A stretch of DNA of 25,283 bases from a virus. Taxonomy: Duplodnaviria; Heunggongvirae; Uroviricota; Caudoviricetes. Both the position numbers and the translations under genes were made by a program. The stretch lies in the IMG/VR virus record IMGVR_UViG_2597490260_000006; one strand, written 5' to 3'. Positions 1 to 10,721 of this stretch are shown piece by piece. A model generated the notes under the pieces. It ran no database searches. It was given only the letters and a program-made list of their open reading frames with translations, and was not told the origin of the DNA. Within the stretch, counting starts at the first letter, position 1, and each line of letters begins with the position of its first letter.

Positions 1-844
1 TGTTTATCACTGGCGACCTGAACCACATCGTCACCAATAGCTATTTTTTTATAGCCCGGAGAAAAACCCGCAATCATATCCAGTGAATCGTTAAACGGTA
101 TCCACACATCAGGCAGCGGCGGCACTATATTCGCATAGGGCTCTGCAGTCACTTCCGCTGCGGCTTCTGCGCGGTCTGCCGCCTTTTCAGCTCGTGTCGC
201 TGCCGACAGAGCCTCATCCTTTTTCTGCCCGGCCTTTGTTGCGTCTGCTGCAGCCTCCCGCGCTTTTGTGGTGGCGACTCCGGCATTTTCAGCGGCTGAC
301 TCTGCATTACGGCGGGAAGCCTCTTCACTGTCTGCGGAGGCTTCTTCTGACGCACGGGCATTTGTCTCTGAACGTTCTGCCGCTGTTGCTGCGTTTTGTG
401 CGGCTGTTTTTGAANNNNNNNNNNGTTCCTGGACGATGCCGCTGCTGTTTCTGATTTCTTTGCTGCCGCTGCGCTCTGAGAGGCGGCTTCAGCGTTGCGT
501 GCCACATCCTCCACCATTTCCTGAAAACGGCGCAATGCCTCCGGCATGACATCATCTTCCGTCATGGCACCGAGAAAATCATTCAGCGTCCCCGGACTGG
601 AACCTTCATAGACGGTAATGGTCCCAACATGTGATGGCTGAGAACCCTCAATCCACAGGATGACGCTGTACTGACCATACTCAACGTCCATACTGTAACG
701 CCCGGCTTCATCAGGATTTTCAGAGGCCACCGTGTTCACCAGTACCGTGGTGCTGTTACGCTTTGCCTTCAGTTGAATAGTGCAGTTCTGTATTGGTTTT
801 CCCGCACCATCTTTCAGCACACCTGAGATTTTTACTGCTGCCAT
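1..844 (-). CDS. stf: Side tail fibre protein Stf, 5' portion (partial, continues beyond window start; interrupted by N-run)
   Basis: Translation from the ATG at 844 (MAAVKISGVLKDGAGKPIQNCTIQLKAKRNSTT...) matches the recalled lambda Stf N-terminus. The track ORF begins at a GTG at 850, but the ATG at 844 has a GGAG 5 nt upstream. After the N-run the track ORF continues in a low-complexity frame; my manual translation shows the Ala/Glu/Ser-rich Stf-like frame starts at 413 and stays open to position 1. Confidence 0.8.
415..424. other. Run of 10 ambiguous bases (assembly gap or masked bases) inside stf
   Basis: Literal n characters at 415-424; the stf reading frame changes phase across it, so true gap length is unknown. 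Confidence 0.95.
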
Positions 845-856
845 ATCCACTCCACA

Positions 857-883
857 AAAAAGCCCGCCTGAACCGGCGGGCTG
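857..883 (-). terminator. Intrinsic terminator-like hairpin between lom and stf
   Basis: Minus-strand reading gives stem GCCCGCC / GGCGGGC with loop GGTTCA followed by TTTTTTG. Confidence 0.5.
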
Positions 884-908
884 TCATAACACTGTGTTGC
901 CTGGTTAA

Positions 909-1508
909 TCAGAATTTATAACCGACACCAACGATGAAACCGTCAGTGCGCCAGTCGCCACTGCCGGAACCTTCATAAGCAATATCAATGGCCACGGATT
1001 CGGTCGGGTTAAACTGCACGCCAGCCCCCCACGCCAGAGACGTGTCGCTGTAGCGACCGTCATCACTTCCGGTCAGCACATCGTCCGTTTTCCCCTTGTT
1101 ATCAGTTACGCGGAGATAATCCCCGGAGAAAGTCGACACACGGCTGTAAGCCACGCCCGCCATCGCATACGTGCTGAACCATTCATTCACGCGTACAGAC
1201 GGCCCCGCCATCATGCTGAACCAGCGGTTACGCACGGAATCTTCATGCCAGCGGGTATCGCTGTAGTGCGTTTTTTGCTCATCCTCAGCATTGGCATAAC
1301 TGAAGGACGTAATCAGCCCCAGCGCGTCCGTAAACTCATAACGGTATTTCACGTTAATCCCGTTCAGATTATCGCTGCCGGGAGCGTTCGTACGGGCATG
1401 AAGATACCCCGCGCTCAGTGTGGACTGATGTTCAGACGCCCATGCAGGCGCACCGGATACGGACAGACAGATGGCTGCGGACAAAATGGCTGCACATAAT
1501 TTACGCAT
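909..1508 (-). CDS. lom: Lom outer membrane protein (Ail/Lom family beta-barrel)
   Basis: 199 aa with N-terminal signal peptide (MRKLCAAILSAAICLSVSGAPAWA) and C-terminus ...DWRTDGFIVGVGYKF with terminal aromatic residue typical of OMPs; sits between J and stf as lom does in lambda. Confidence 0.85.
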   Translation of the reverse strand: MRKLCAAILSAAICLSVSGAPAWASEHQSTLSAGYLHARTNAPGSDNLNGINVKYRYEFTDALGLITSFSYANAEDEQKTHYSDTRWHEDSVRNRWFSMMAGPSVRVNEWFSTYAMAGVAYSRVSTFSGDYLRVTDNKGKTDDVLTGSDDGRYSDTSLAWGAGVQFNPTESVAIDIAYEGSGSGDWRTDGFIVGVGYKF

Positions 1509-1532
1509 AATTACCTCTCGCTTTTCTGCAAT

Positions 1533-1556
1533 AAAAAAGGCGCCATTTCTGGCACC
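1533..1556 (-). terminator. Intrinsic terminator-like hairpin downstream of J
   Basis: Minus strand reads GGUGCC-AGAAAU-GGCGCC (6-bp stem with one G-U wobble) followed by six T residues. Confidence 0.45.
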
Positions 1557-1575
1557 CGTATTGGGGTTATAAAAT

Positions 1576-4500
1576 TCAGCTAATCGTGATGCCTGCAGTG
1601 GCTTTCTTCATCACAACAACCAGCAAATCGCTGATACTTGCTGTGGGATACCAGCCATTTACCCACCATGCTGATACAGAAAACTCCAGCGTCATGTCGC
1701 CGCGACCAGCAGGCATATCAATAACACCACTGTAAACCAGCGTATTATCCATCGCGGTACGGTTATAAATTTCAGCACCGTTTTTCTTCACTATCAGGCG
1801 GCATGACGAATAAGTATCGCTGTTCTCCCGCTCATGTCTGGCACCGCTGAAAGCCACCGCCGGAATAACAATCTGCCGGTTAAACGGCTGATCGTCATAA
1901 ACCCTGACGGTAATGGTTCCTGATGGCCAACGCTTCGGTGCACGGGAGTCACGAGGGAAAGCCTTACCCACTGTTTTAACGAGATCGCCTTCAATCTGGT
2001 TTGCAGACAGTTTCCCTCTGATGACACAGTTCTCGTTAATGGTGACATTATTGAGCGTGCCGGTATTCGCCGTGATGGCTCCACTGATATCCGCATTGCG
2101 GGCTGTCAGCCTGCCATCCGGCGTCAGGGAAAACGTCGGAGGATTGCCGGATGACGTGATGCTCACCGCAAACAGTCGCTTCAGGAACACGTCGTTCATG
2201 AACAGCTGATTCCCCTGCGCCACAAACAGCGGCGTGGTGTTGCCGTTCTCCGGGGTAATCATCGCAATGCGATCGGCCTGCAGCAGAATGTTACTCAGGG
2301 TCTGACCATCAACATCCTCAATCCCCGCACCAATCCCGGCCACATAGGGAATACCGTTTTTTGTTTTCTGCACCTTCAGCATATACATGGCATTCAGCTC
2401 ATTGCGCGTGTCTGACTGAACCCGCTGGATTTGCTGTATGGTCACGGCCTGGTCACCCAGCTTTTTATCCGTGGTCGAGGTAATTTCACTCCCTTTTTTA
2501 TCCACGTACTGGCGGACCTGTGCTATCTGTCGGGCGTTTTCTGACTGCCCCTGGCTGACAGTCTGTGAGATTTCACTGCTCACCCGGTCCACTTTCTGGC
2601 TCACCTGCGCGATGGCCAGTGTCTGATCCTCATTCTTTTTCGCAACCAGCTGCGTGAGGCTGTTTTCCGCCTTCCCGATTTTCCGGGTCACTTCTGCGAT
2701 ATCCGTGTCCATCCGCTGACGGATATCTTCTTCCAGTTGCGTGACCTCCATACGCAGCGCTGAAGCATCAATGCGCTCTTTCAGTGCCTGACCCAGAAGC
2801 GTCTCATCTATCAGCCCCCGGAAAATTTCCAGATACCCTTCACCATCATTGCTGGGCTGCCCGCTGGCTTCCACAAAAGCAGATTTTCCCACCAGGTTGA
2901 CGCTTCGCACGTAAAACCAGAAATCCGTCCCCGGCTTAATCCGGCTCCCCTGGACAGTCCACTGACTGCCGGTCCCCAGATAACGGGCAGATTTTTCCAC
3001 CTGTGCTGTGTTCGTGATGCGTTTTTCTGAGAACCAGAATTCAAACTGTACCGTCGGGTCATACACCGCAAGACGCGGGACCGCCGTTATCTGAAAATAC
3101 CCCGGCGTCAGCTCAATGGTGGCGGGTTTTGCAGGTGCGTTAATCCGGAACGATACCGACGCCGGATCGCCCTGCTGTCCCCGGGCATTTACCGCCCGGA
3201 CCGTCAGCGTGTAACGCCCCAGCGCCAGCTGCCTGAAGCGGTAAGTGGTTTCCGCCGTCCGGGCCGTGCTGACCAGCCGCTCACTGCCGTCATCCGCTGT
3301 TACGGTCAGACGGAGCAGGAAGCTCACGCCCTTCACCACCTTCGGCGTGTCCCAGCGCGCCAGCACCTGATATTCCCCGCTGTCTGCGGTGACTTCGGCG
3401 GTCAGGTGCTGCACCGCTGGCGGCGTGACACCATTCACCGTGCCGCTCTGGTCGCCGTCAAAGTGCGCTCCGTTATCCACGATGGCCTCTTTTTCCGGCA
3501 CATGCTGCACGGCGGTGATGGCATACGTGCCGTCGTCGTTCTCACGGATACTCACGCAGCGGAACAGTCGCTGGCGCAGCGTCGGCAGCTTCAGCCCCCA
3601 TACGCTGTATTCAGCAACACCGTCAGGAACACGGCTCACTTTTACCTTCACGCCGTCGGTGACGGACTGAACCTCCACGCTGACCGGATTGCCACTTCCG
3701 TCAACCAGGCTTATCAGCGTGGTACCGGAGGATGGCAGCGTGATTTCACGGTCGAGCGTCAGCGTCCGGGTCTGGCTGTTCACCGCCAGCACTCGCCCGC
3801 CGGTGCTGATACCGGCATAGTCATCATCGCAGATTTCAATGACATCGCCCGGTACATGGCGAAGCCCTTCAGCACCCACGCTGAAGTCCACGGTCTGCGT
3901 TTCCAGCAGCTCCGTTTTAATCAGCCACAGCCCGGCGCGGTGTGCCTGCCCCCGACTGGTACAGCCAAAGGCATCCATCTTCGTGACGTTACGACCGTAA
4001 CGGAGAATGGCCTGCGTATCTTCAACAAGCTCTGTCGCCGTCTCCCAGCCGTTATCCGGGTCAATCCAGTTCACCTCAACGGCATTATGGCGGTCCTTCA
4101 GGGCGCTGAAGCTGTAGCGGAACGGCGCGCCATCATCCGGCATCACCACATTACTGCGGTTATAGGTCCACACCTTATCCGACGGTCGGTCCTGCACGAA
4201 CGTCAGCGTCTGCCCGTTCCATACCGGCATACAGCGCATCGCCGAACAGAAATCACTGAGCACATCCCACGCCTTACGCTGTGTGGTCAGGTACGCATTA
4301 CAGGTGATGCGCGGCTCCGTGCCACCAAAACCATCCGGCACCGACTGGTCGCAATACTGTCCGATGACATACAGCGCCCATTTGTCCACATCCGCCGCAC
4401 CAAGACGTTTCCCCATGCCGTAGCGCGGATGGGTCAGCATATCCCACAGACACCATGCCATGTTGTTGCTGTATGCCGGTTTAAACGTTCCGTCCCAGAT

Positions 4501-5274
4501 ACCGCTGTATTGCCGCCTCTGCGGGTTATAGTTCGACGGCACCTGCAGAATGCGCCCGCGAAGATGATAATTACGACTCACCTGCTGGCTGCCGAACTGT
4601 TCCGAGTCCACCTGCACGCCGACCAGTGCCGTGTTCGGGTAGCACTGTTTCACATCGATGATTTCGGTGTATGACGACCAGAGCGTTTTGTTCTGCAGCT
4701 GGTCTGTGGTGCTGTCCGGTGTCATCCTGCGCATCCGGATATTGAACGGGCGCGGAGGCAGATTATCCACCACCACCGAGGCCAGATACTGCGAGGTGGT
4801 TTTGCCCTTAATGGTGATGTCTTTTTCCGTCACCCAGCCACCGTTACGTTGTATCTGAACCAGCAGGCGAACTTCCGACGGATTCCGGTCCCCCTTTGAA
4901 GTGGTTTCCACCAGAGCCTGCACACCGAAGGTAAAGCGCAGACGGTCGATGTTTGCAGACGTGATGGTCCGGGTGATCGGCGTGTCATATTTCACTTCCG
5001 TACCCAGCACCGTCTCGGATCCGGAGGATTCAAAACCCTCCGGCGGTGTCTGCTCCTGCTCACCTGCCCGGAACACCACCGTGACACCGGCGATGTTGGT
5101 ATTCCCTTCACTGTCCAGCACCGGCGTACTGTTCAGCAGCACGCTTTTTAATCCATCCACCGGACCTTCTATCGGTCCTTCGCTGATGGCATCGATCACA
5201 CTCAGTAACTGCGTGGATTTCAGGTTGTCCTTCGCTTCGCGCGGGGTATGCCCCTTACTGCTGCCTTTACCCAT
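1576..5274 (-). CDS. J: Tail tip / host specificity protein J (central fibre)
   Basis: 1232 aa; N-terminus [44 protein letters not shown]... matches recalled lambda J over a long stretch; GGAG 8 nt upstream of the ATG. The C-terminal roughly 400 aa, including a coiled-coil-like segment, differ from lambda J. Confidence 0.9.
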   Translation of the reverse strand: MGKGSSKGHTPREAKDNLKSTQLLSVIDAISEGPIEGPVDGLKSVLLNSTPVLDSEGNTNIAGVTVVFRAGEQEQTPPEGFESSGSETVLGTEVKYDTPITRTITSANIDRLRFTFGVQALVETTSKGDRNPSEVRLLVQIQRNGGWVTEKDITIKGKTTSQYLASVVVDNLPPRPFNIRMRRMTPDSTTDQLQNKTLWSSYTEIIDVKQCYPNTALVGVQVDSEQFGSQQVSRNYHLRGRILQVPSNYNPQRRQYSGIWDGTFKPAYSNNMAWCLWDMLTHPRYGMGKRLGAADVDKWALYVIGQYCDQSVPDGFGGTEPRITCNAYLTTQRKAWDVLSDFCSAMRCMPVWNGQTLTFVQDRPSDKVWTYNRSNVVMPDDGAPFRYSFSALKDRHNAVEVNWIDPDNGWETATELVEDTQAILRYGRNVTKMDAFGCTSRGQAHRAGLWLIKTELLETQTVDFSVGAEGLRHVPGDVIEICDDDYAGISTGGRVLAVNSQTRTLTLDREITLPSSGTTLISLVDGSGNPVSVEVQSVTDGVKVKVSRVPDGVAEYSVWGLKLPTLRQRLFRCVSIRENDDGTYAITAVQHVPEKEAIVDNGAHFDGDQSGTVNGVTPPAVQHLTAEVTADSGEYQVLARWDTPKVVKGVSFLLRLTVTADDGSERLVSTARTAETTYRFRQLALGRYTLTVRAVNARGQQGDPASVSFRINAPAKPATIELTPGYFQITAVPRLAVYDPTVQFEFWFSEKRITNTAQVEKSARYLGTGSQWTVQGSRIKPGTDFWFYVRSVNLVGKSAFVEASGQPSNDGEGYLEIFRGLIDETLLGQALKERIDASALRMEVTQLEEDIRQRMDTDIAEVTRKIGKAENSLTQLVAKKNEDQTLAIAQVSQKVDRVSSEISQTVSQGQSENARQIAQVRQYVDKKGSEITSTTDKKLGDQAVTIQQIQRVQSDTRNELNAMYMLKVQKTKNGIPYVAGIGAGIEDVDGQTLSNILLQADRIAMITPENGNTTPLFVAQGNQLFMNDVFLKRLFAVSITSSGNPPTFSLTPDGRLTARNADISGAITANTGTLNNVTINENCVIRGKLSANQIEGDLVKTVGKAFPRDSRAPKRWPSGTITVRVYDDQPFNRQIVIPAVAFSGARHERENSDTYSSCRLIVKKNGAEIYNRTAMDNTLVYSGVIDMPAGRGDMTLEFSVSAWWVNGWYPTASISDLLVVVMKKATAGITIS

Positions 5275-5297
5275 TCGTCATGCTCCATAAACGACAA

Positions 5298-5315
5298 AAC
5301 CGCCCGCAGGCGGTT
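5298..5315 (-). terminator. Hairpin with U-tract in the I-J intergenic region
   Basis: Minus strand reads AACCGCC-TGCG-GGCGGTT followed by TTGTCGTTT; could be a partial terminator or mRNA structure. Confidence 0.35.
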
Positions 5316-5334
5316 TCACATAAAACATTTTGCA

Positions 5335-5982
5335 TCAGCGACCAATCACCACAACCTGACCACCATCCCCTTCGTCTGCCGTGCTGATCTCCTGAGAAAC
5401 CACCCGCGACCCCACACGCATTTCACCGTACAGAACAGGCAGAACATTGCCCTGAGCAACCATGTTATCCAGTGAGGAAAAATAGGTGTTCTGTTTGCCG
5501 TTATCTGTACTGGCTGCCGTGGACGTCCTGGCTTTCGGTGCCAGCATCTGCGCCACACCGCCCAGGATCATACTGGCCCCTGCCGCATACATGCCCGATA
5601 CAGCCGCGGCACCCAGCCAGCCCACAGGGTTCCACCATGCCACCGCAATCAACGCCGCCCCCAGCACCACCTGAAATACACCGCCACTTTTAGCTCCCGC
5701 CAGACGCGGCACGATATGGATCACGGCACCATTTGCCAGCGGCTCATTAAGACGGGCAGATAATTCGGTTTCACCTGCATCACGCCCGGCAATGCGCACC
5801 TGATACCAGCCGTCATTCAGTTTCTGACGAAACGCCGGGAGCTGTGTGGCCAGCGCCCGGATGGCTTCGGCCCCCGTTTTCACACGAAGGTCGATGCGGC
5901 GACCAAATCGTTGCAAATCCCCGTAAAGGCAGATGCGTGCCATGCCCGGTGACGCCAGAGGGAGTGTGTGCGTCGCTGCCAT
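5335..5982 (-). CDS. I: Tail assembly protein I
   Basis: 215 aa; MAATHTLPLASPGMARICLYGDLQRFGRRIDLRVKTGAEAIRAL... and C-terminus ...NVLPVLYGEMRVGSRVVSQEISTADEGDGGQVVVIGR match recalled lambda gpI; overlaps K as in lambda. Confidence 0.85.
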   Translation of the reverse strand: MAATHTLPLASPGMARICLYGDLQRFGRRIDLRVKTGAEAIRALATQLPAFRQKLNDGWYQVRIAGRDAGETELSARLNEPLANGAVIHIVPRLAGAKSGGVFQVVLGAALIAVAWWNPVGWLGAAAVSGMYAAGASMILGGVAQMLAPKARTSTAASTDNGKQNTYFSSLDNMVAQGNVLPVLYGEMRVGSRVVSQEISTADEGDGGQVVVIGR

Positions 5983-6623
5983 TTGTCGGTATACCTCTCT
6001 CGTTTGCTCAGTTGTTCAGGAATATGGTGCAGCAGCTCGCCGTCACCACAGTAAATGGCGGCATGATTCGGCACCGATGAACCAAAACAGCACAGCAGCA
6101 CATCGCCCGGCTGCGCCGCTGACAACGGCACCTGATACAGCCCTGTGGCCTCCAGATTATCCAGATAGAGATTCTGACCGTGACGCCACCAGTCATCCCC
6201 GCGATGAAAATCCGGCATCTCAATCCCCGCCAGATGATAAGCATCCCGGAACAGCGTGTAACAGTCCGTCACCCCGTGCTCAAAGCGCCGCCCGGTAAGA
6301 TGCGGCACACAGCGGAATTTATGAATCTCACCCCGGCAGACCAGCCACCACAGCAAATCACTCTGCACCTGCAGCCGCCGGTCGGCCTCACTCAGCCAGG
6401 GCAGACCACCGGGGTGGCTGTGGACCAGCGCCACAATCTCACCCTGCATCTCTGCCCGCAGCCAGTCCTCCGGCGACATCCGGAAATACGCCTCCGGCTC
6501 ACCGGAGATATTCACGCAGGGAAAATATCTTTCCCCCTCCGGCGTTCTCACCACGAAGCCGCACGACTCCGCTGGCGCACATCGCCGGGCGTGCGCCAGA
6601 ATCGCTGATTCTGTCTGTGTCAT
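5880..6623 (-). CDS. K: Tail assembly protein K (JAMM/MPN metalloprotease plus NlpC/P60-like domain)
   Basis: Start moved to the internal ATG at 6623 (MTQTESAILAHARRCAPAESCGF...), since upstream codons overlap the L gene end. Contains the JAMM motif HSHPGGLPWLSEAD (HxH-x7-S-xx-D). Confidence 0.85.
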   Translation of the reverse strand: MTQTESAILAHARRCAPAESCGFVVRTPEGERYFPCVNISGEPEAYFRMSPEDWLRAEMQGEIVALVHSHPGGLPWLSEADRRLQVQSDLLWWLVCRGEIHKFRCVPHLTGRRFEHGVTDCYTLFRDAYHLAGIEMPDFHRGDDWWRHGQNLYLDNLEATGLYQVPLSAAQPGDVLLCCFGSSVPNHAAIYCGDGELLHHIPEQLSKRERYTDKWQRRTHSLWRHRAWHASAFTGICNDLVAASTFV

Positions 6624-6627
6624 GGGA

Positions 6628-7326
6628 TTACTGCGAAAGTTTGTTAATGGAAAGGAAGCCGCCAAAGTTGCCGACGTTATTGCGAAACTTACAACCACTC
6701 AGGCATTTGCTGCATTTATCCTTCGTGATATCGGACGTCGGCTGGTCATATTCATCCGCGACAGCCGGACCGTGATAACCGCACTCATCACCGCGATAGG
6801 TCCAGGTGCAGGTATTAGCCAGCATGATGCGCCCCGGAAAAACAGCACCGTCCGTTTCCGTCGGCGTGGACAGTACAAAAGAGGCACTGACCGCGCTCAG
6901 TTCGCTGCACTGCTCGATGCGCCAGCGGCTGATCACCTCCTGCTCCGGATCGGCGTCACTGTTTCCGTTGACGAAGTTCACCGCATCCAGAAAACGGGCG
7001 TAAACCTTACGCCTGACCACCGTTCCGCCGACCAGACTCTGCAGGTCTTCCGCCATCCCGGTGACCATTCCGTGCAGGTTAGAAACCGTCAGTGTCGGAC
7101 GGGCAGCACTGCCCTTGCCGTTCAGTTCAAATCCCGTCCCCTGAATGGGGTATGCCTGATACTGCCGCCCCTGCCAGGTAACCGGCTCACCTTTTTCGTT
7201 CTGCTCATTACAGAAAAAATAACGTTCACCACCGACCTCTGTCAGATCGATTTCCCAGAGCACCGCCTGGGCTGACTGAGTGAGGCGTGTCGTCTCATGA
7301 TGTGTTTCCTGTGGAATATCCTGCAT
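6628..7326 (-). CDS. L: Minor tail protein L
   Basis: 232 aa; MQDIPQETHHETTRLTQSAQAVLWEIDLTEVGGERYFFCNEQNEKGEP... matches recalled lambda gpL; C-terminal Cys cluster (CGYHG...DKCSKCLSGCKF). Confidence 0.9.
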   Translation of the reverse strand: MQDIPQETHHETTRLTQSAQAVLWEIDLTEVGGERYFFCNEQNEKGEPVTWQGRQYQAYPIQGTGFELNGKGSAARPTLTVSNLHGMVTGMAEDLQSLVGGTVVRRKVYARFLDAVNFVNGNSDADPEQEVISRWRIEQCSELSAVSASFVLSTPTETDGAVFPGRIMLANTCTWTYRGDECGYHGPAVADEYDQPTSDITKDKCSKCLSGCKFRNNVGNFGGFLSINKLSQ

Positions 7327-7335
7327 CAGAGCCTC

Positions 7336-7665
7336 CTATGCCACGACCTGTTCAAAATCTGCCGTTATGGTTACCCACAACGCCCCCACGCTTGCCGACC
7401 ATTTACGACAAACCACCCTGATCGGCTTCCAGTCATAAGGTGGCGTCCACTGAAATGCGCGGACGCCACCGTGCCGTTCCAGAAAGGATTTTAAAGATGG
7501 GTGTTCACATTTACGAACACGTATCGTCACGCTGTAAGTCGACAACTGGTTATTCAGTCCCGCCGCACGACGCTGTTCATAACCATCGCCCAGCTTCACT
7601 GTCACCACTTTCGGCTCTGATACCACATTCATATCCGGGCGCACTTTCCAGTGAAACGTCTCCAT
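7336..7665 (-). CDS. M: Minor tail protein M
   Basis: 109 aa; METFHWKVRPDMNVVSEPKVV...TADFEQVVA matches recalled lambda gpM; its ATG shares one base with the H stop codon. Confidence 0.9.
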   Translation of the reverse strand: METFHWKVRPDMNVVSEPKVVTVKLGDGYEQRRAAGLNNQLSTYSVTIRVRKCEHPSLKSFLERHGGVRAFQWTPPYDWKPIRVVCRKWSASVGALWVTITADFEQVVA

Positions 7666-10600
7666 TACCGATATGCTCCACTTAACCGACCACCATCACG
7701 GGCCTGCTGTTGCATAAAGTCCGCTGCCGCTTTTTTCCCAAGGTCATAAACCACCTTCAGGGCAGCAGGACCTATCTGCCCGTTCGTGCCATCGTTATTG
7801 ATCTCGATGTTGTACTGCGGGGCAAACATCGCCATACCTGAACCACCAATATCCGCCACAACCCCCAGCTTACCGTCAGCACCACGACGCAGTGGCAGAA
7901 TGGCTTCAGGTCCAGCTTCCCCCATCACACCCGCGCCTTTTGCAAAAGCAAAAAACGTCGGACGGTTAACCACCGTGCCACTGTAGCGACTCAAATCAGC
8001 CGACTGATAAACACCGCCATCAGCATTGGCTACAAAATCAAAAGGCAGCGCGGAAGCAATGCCTTTTACCGCTTTCATTAAAGCTATCTGAGCCATGATT
8101 CTGGACATATCTGACAGCACAGAAGAGGTGAAGGATTTGAAATTGAGTTTGCCTGTAGTACAGAATGTCGCCAGCCAGTCACTCATGCTACTGAACGCAG
8201 ACGTGAACAACTGTTCCACTGTCCCGGCTGTGTTATCCGCATTCTCAGTGACATTCTGGAGTGCACGCAGGACTCCGTTTTTCCAATTACCCTGAGCAAT
8301 TTCAAGCCGTTGCCAGTAACGGCGATTCTCATTCAGTTGTCGGTTCAGACTCTCCGTCAGCGCCTGCTCGGCCTTTCTGTAGTCATCCGTGTTATATGTC
8401 CCTTTCTGCTCACTATCCCGCCTCAACTGCTCCAGCTGTTGCTGGTATTTCTGGCGAAGACTCAGTTGTACCTGATATCGCTGCCGCTGCTGATCACCCA
8501 TACCCACCGTGGCGATATCCAGGTCATGTTGCTGACGCTGAGCGCGCTCTTCTTCAGCCAGTTGACTGGTCAGCTGAATTGTTTTTTTCTTCAGATCGTT
8601 GAGTGCCGTCTGTTTCTGAAGCTCCTGCTGTTTTACATCCAGCAGCGTCAGTGCCTGAATCAGTTCATCTTTACGGGCCAGCACACTCTTTTCATCTGCC
8701 GTCAGTTTTTTCCCGTCCAGATCGCTGATGCGCTGCTGCAGAGCCAGAAGCTGTTTATGCGCTTCTGTCATCTTTTCAGTGGCAATGCCTGCTGACTGTC
8801 TTGCAGCAGCAATCTGTCCTTCCACCTGTGCCTGTTGCTGACTGTACTGCAGCAATAACCGGGTGGCCTCATCATTACGGGTTTCGCGTGTTTTTTTCTT
8901 ACCGGATGCCAGGGCTTTCTCGTAACGTTCATTTTCACGTTGTATCGCCGCATCCCTGACAGCCTGATCGGCGTACTGCATGGCATTAATACGCGCAATT
9001 TCACGCTGATGTCGTGCAGCTTCCGTTTCATTCATCCGGTTCAGTGCAGCATTTTCAGCATTACGGCGTTTCTGTTGCTCCTGATAATTCCGCTCTGCCT
9101 GCTCTTTTGCATCCTGCAAATCCTTCTGGCGTTTTTTCTCCTGAAGATCGTTAAGACGCTGCTGATCGTATTCAACCTGAGAAGATGATGCCGTCCAGGG
9201 GAGTCTTTTCGCCCGCGACACTTTCTCCTGCAAAGTGGCAATCTGCGCATCCAGCGAATCTTCACGACCAATATTCATGGCCGCATCCCAGAACTGCTTC
9301 CACCAGTCAGACAAAGTTTGCAGCGTACTGCCCAGCGCATTGAGGTTATTATCAATATCCGCAGTACGCCGACCGGTTTCCTCTGCCAGTGCAGACATGG
9401 CTATCCGTGCCGCATCACTGGACCGCCCCTGCTCTCCAAGGACGCGTATCTGCTCAAGCTGAGTGGCAGTAAGAAAATGCAGCTCATTGTCCAGAGACTT
9501 CGCGGCATTTACAGGATCATCCTTCAGCCGCTTAAACTGATTTATGGTATCGCTGACCGACTGGCCAACCGATCGCTCCATCTGTGCGGCAGCTCTCGCC
9601 ACCATACCGATATCGTTTCCACGAAATGCACCACTCCCCACCACCTGAGCCAGCGCACCGGCTGCAGCATGTTGCGTGATACCATTCCCGGAAATAGCAC
9701 GACTGAGCGTCCACAGCTGCCCGGCAGTGACTCCGGCATAATGCCCCGTCAGCGACAGCTGGCGGTTAAATTCTTCCCCCTCCTTCTGACCGTCATACCA
9801 GGCTTTACCCAGGCCATAGACAGCCGCGGCAATACCGCCAATAACCCCGCCAAGCATCATGCCTTTCGGTGACATCAATGTGTCTATCCACCCGGCACGG
9901 TTAGCCAGCGTTATTCCGGATCCCCTCAGCGCACCTAAATTTCCGCGGGCCAGTTCACCTATCAGAACGCCTATCTCCTGACGGGCCGCTGCACTTTTCA
10001 GCCCCAGCGAATGCGTGGCTTTTCCTGCCTGCTCCATTTTGCGGATATACACTTCTGCAGCACTGCTTACCCCCAGCTGGGCAGCCTTGGCACGAAGCAA
10101 CTCAGAAGAAGAAAGATTCTGGCGGGTTGCCTGCTCTTTAAGCTGACGGATAAACGCCACTTTCTGTCGGGTAGCCTCTTCCTCAGCCTGTGTAAGAACA
10201 CGGGTTTTCGCCGTAACCTCAGAAATCAGCGCCAGATAATCCTGCTGACCAATCCCGCCACTGTTTCTGGCCTGTCGGATCTGCTGCTGAATACGCTGTA
10301 ATTCCTGCAGACCCGCACTGGCCTGTTTCACACTGTCAATCTGACGATAAAACGCAGCAGCCGCTTTATCCTGAGCCTCCGCCAGAGCCATGGCCTGCGC
10401 CTGTTCCTCGCGCATTTTCTGGCTCAGCGCCTCCATACGCTGGCGGGTTTTCTCCACCTCGCGGGCCATGCGTTCATGAGCCTGTGCGTTCTTCTCCACC
10501 GTCTGCGCATGGACGGATGCGGCTGTTGCAGCCGAAGACGCCGCCTGCGTTGTCTGCCGGGCGGCCTGAGTCTGACGCTCCATAAAACGCTGCATACGGG

Positions 10601-10721
10601 CAGAAGACCGTTCTGCATCGCTGGCTGCACCATTCAGAAGGTTTTTGATACGGGGGATTTCATTTTTAAACTCTGCCGCATCAATCCCCAAATCAATGAC
10701 CAGGTTGGCTATCTGGTCCAT
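7665..10721 (-). CDS. H: Tail tape measure protein H
   Basis: About 1018 aa, Ala/Gln/Glu/Arg-rich coiled-coil-like sequence throughout, positioned between T and M. Start placed at the ATG at 10721 (MDQIANLVIDLG...) with GGAGG 8 nt upstream; the track ORF starts 30 nt earlier inside the T frame. Confidence 0.85.
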   Translation of the reverse strand: MDQIANLVIDLGIDAAEFKNEIPRIKNLLNGAASDAERSSARMQRFMERQTQAARQTTQAASSAATAASVHAQTVEKNAQAHERMAREVEKTRQRMEALSQKMREEQAQAMALAEAQDKAAAAFYRQIDSVKQASAGLQELQRIQQQIRQARNSGGIGQQDYLALISEVTAKTRVLTQAEEEATRQKVAFIRQLKEQATRQNLSSSELLRAKAAQLGVSSAAEVYIRKMEQAGKATHSLGLKSAAARQEIGVLIGELARGNLGALRGSGITLANRAGWIDTLMSPKGMMLGGVIGGIAAAVYGLGKAWYDGQKEGEEFNRQLSLTGHYAGVTAGQLWTLSRAISGNGITQHAAAGALAQVVGSGAFRGNDIGMVARAAAQMERSVGQSVSDTINQFKRLKDDPVNAAKSLDNELHFLTATQLEQIRVLGEQGRSSDAARIAMSALAEETGRRTADIDNNLNALGSTLQTLSDWWKQFWDAAMNIGREDSLDAQIATLQEKVSRAKRLPWTASSSQVEYDQQRLNDLQEKKRQKDLQDAKEQAERNYQEQQKRRNAENAALNRMNETEAARHQREIARINAMQYADQAVRDAAIQRENERYEKALASGKKKTRETRNDEATRLLLQYSQQQAQVEGQIAAARQSAGIATEKMTEAHKQLLALQQRISDLDGKKLTADEKSVLARKDELIQALTLLDVKQQELQKQTALNDLKKKTIQLTSQLAEEERAQRQQHDLDIATVGMGDQQRQRYQVQLSLRQKYQQQLEQLRRDSEQKGTYNTDDYRKAEQALTESLNRQLNENRRYWQRLEIAQGNWKNGVLRALQNVTENADNTAGTVEQLFTSAFSSMSDWLATFCTTGKLNFKSFTSSVLSDMSRIMAQIALMKAVKGIASALPFDFVANADGGVYQSADLSRYSGTVVNRPTFFAFAKGAGVMGEAGPEAILPLRRGADGKLGVVADIGGSGMAMFAPQYNIEINNDGTNGQIGPAALKVVYDLGKKAAADFMQQQARDGGRLSGAYR

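Noticed and set aside
149-414. Continuation of the track ORF 149..850 downstream of the N-run (Gln/Lys/Arg-rich translation)
   Set aside because: The gap shifts the frame; the Stf-like frame is a different one, starting at 413 and open to position 1.
3406-4674. 422-aa plus-strand ORF inside the J gene
   Set aside because: Antisense to a confidently identified gene; Arg/His-rich low-complexity translation typical of the reverse frame of a GC-rich coding region; no RBS.
6622-7275. 217-aa plus-strand ORF overlapping L
   Set aside because: Antisense to gpL, which matches lambda closely; no start context.
8310-9872. Plus-strand ORFs of 161 and 184 aa inside the tape measure gene
   Set aside because: Antisense to H with Leu/Gln-rich translations mirroring the H coding strand; no independent support.
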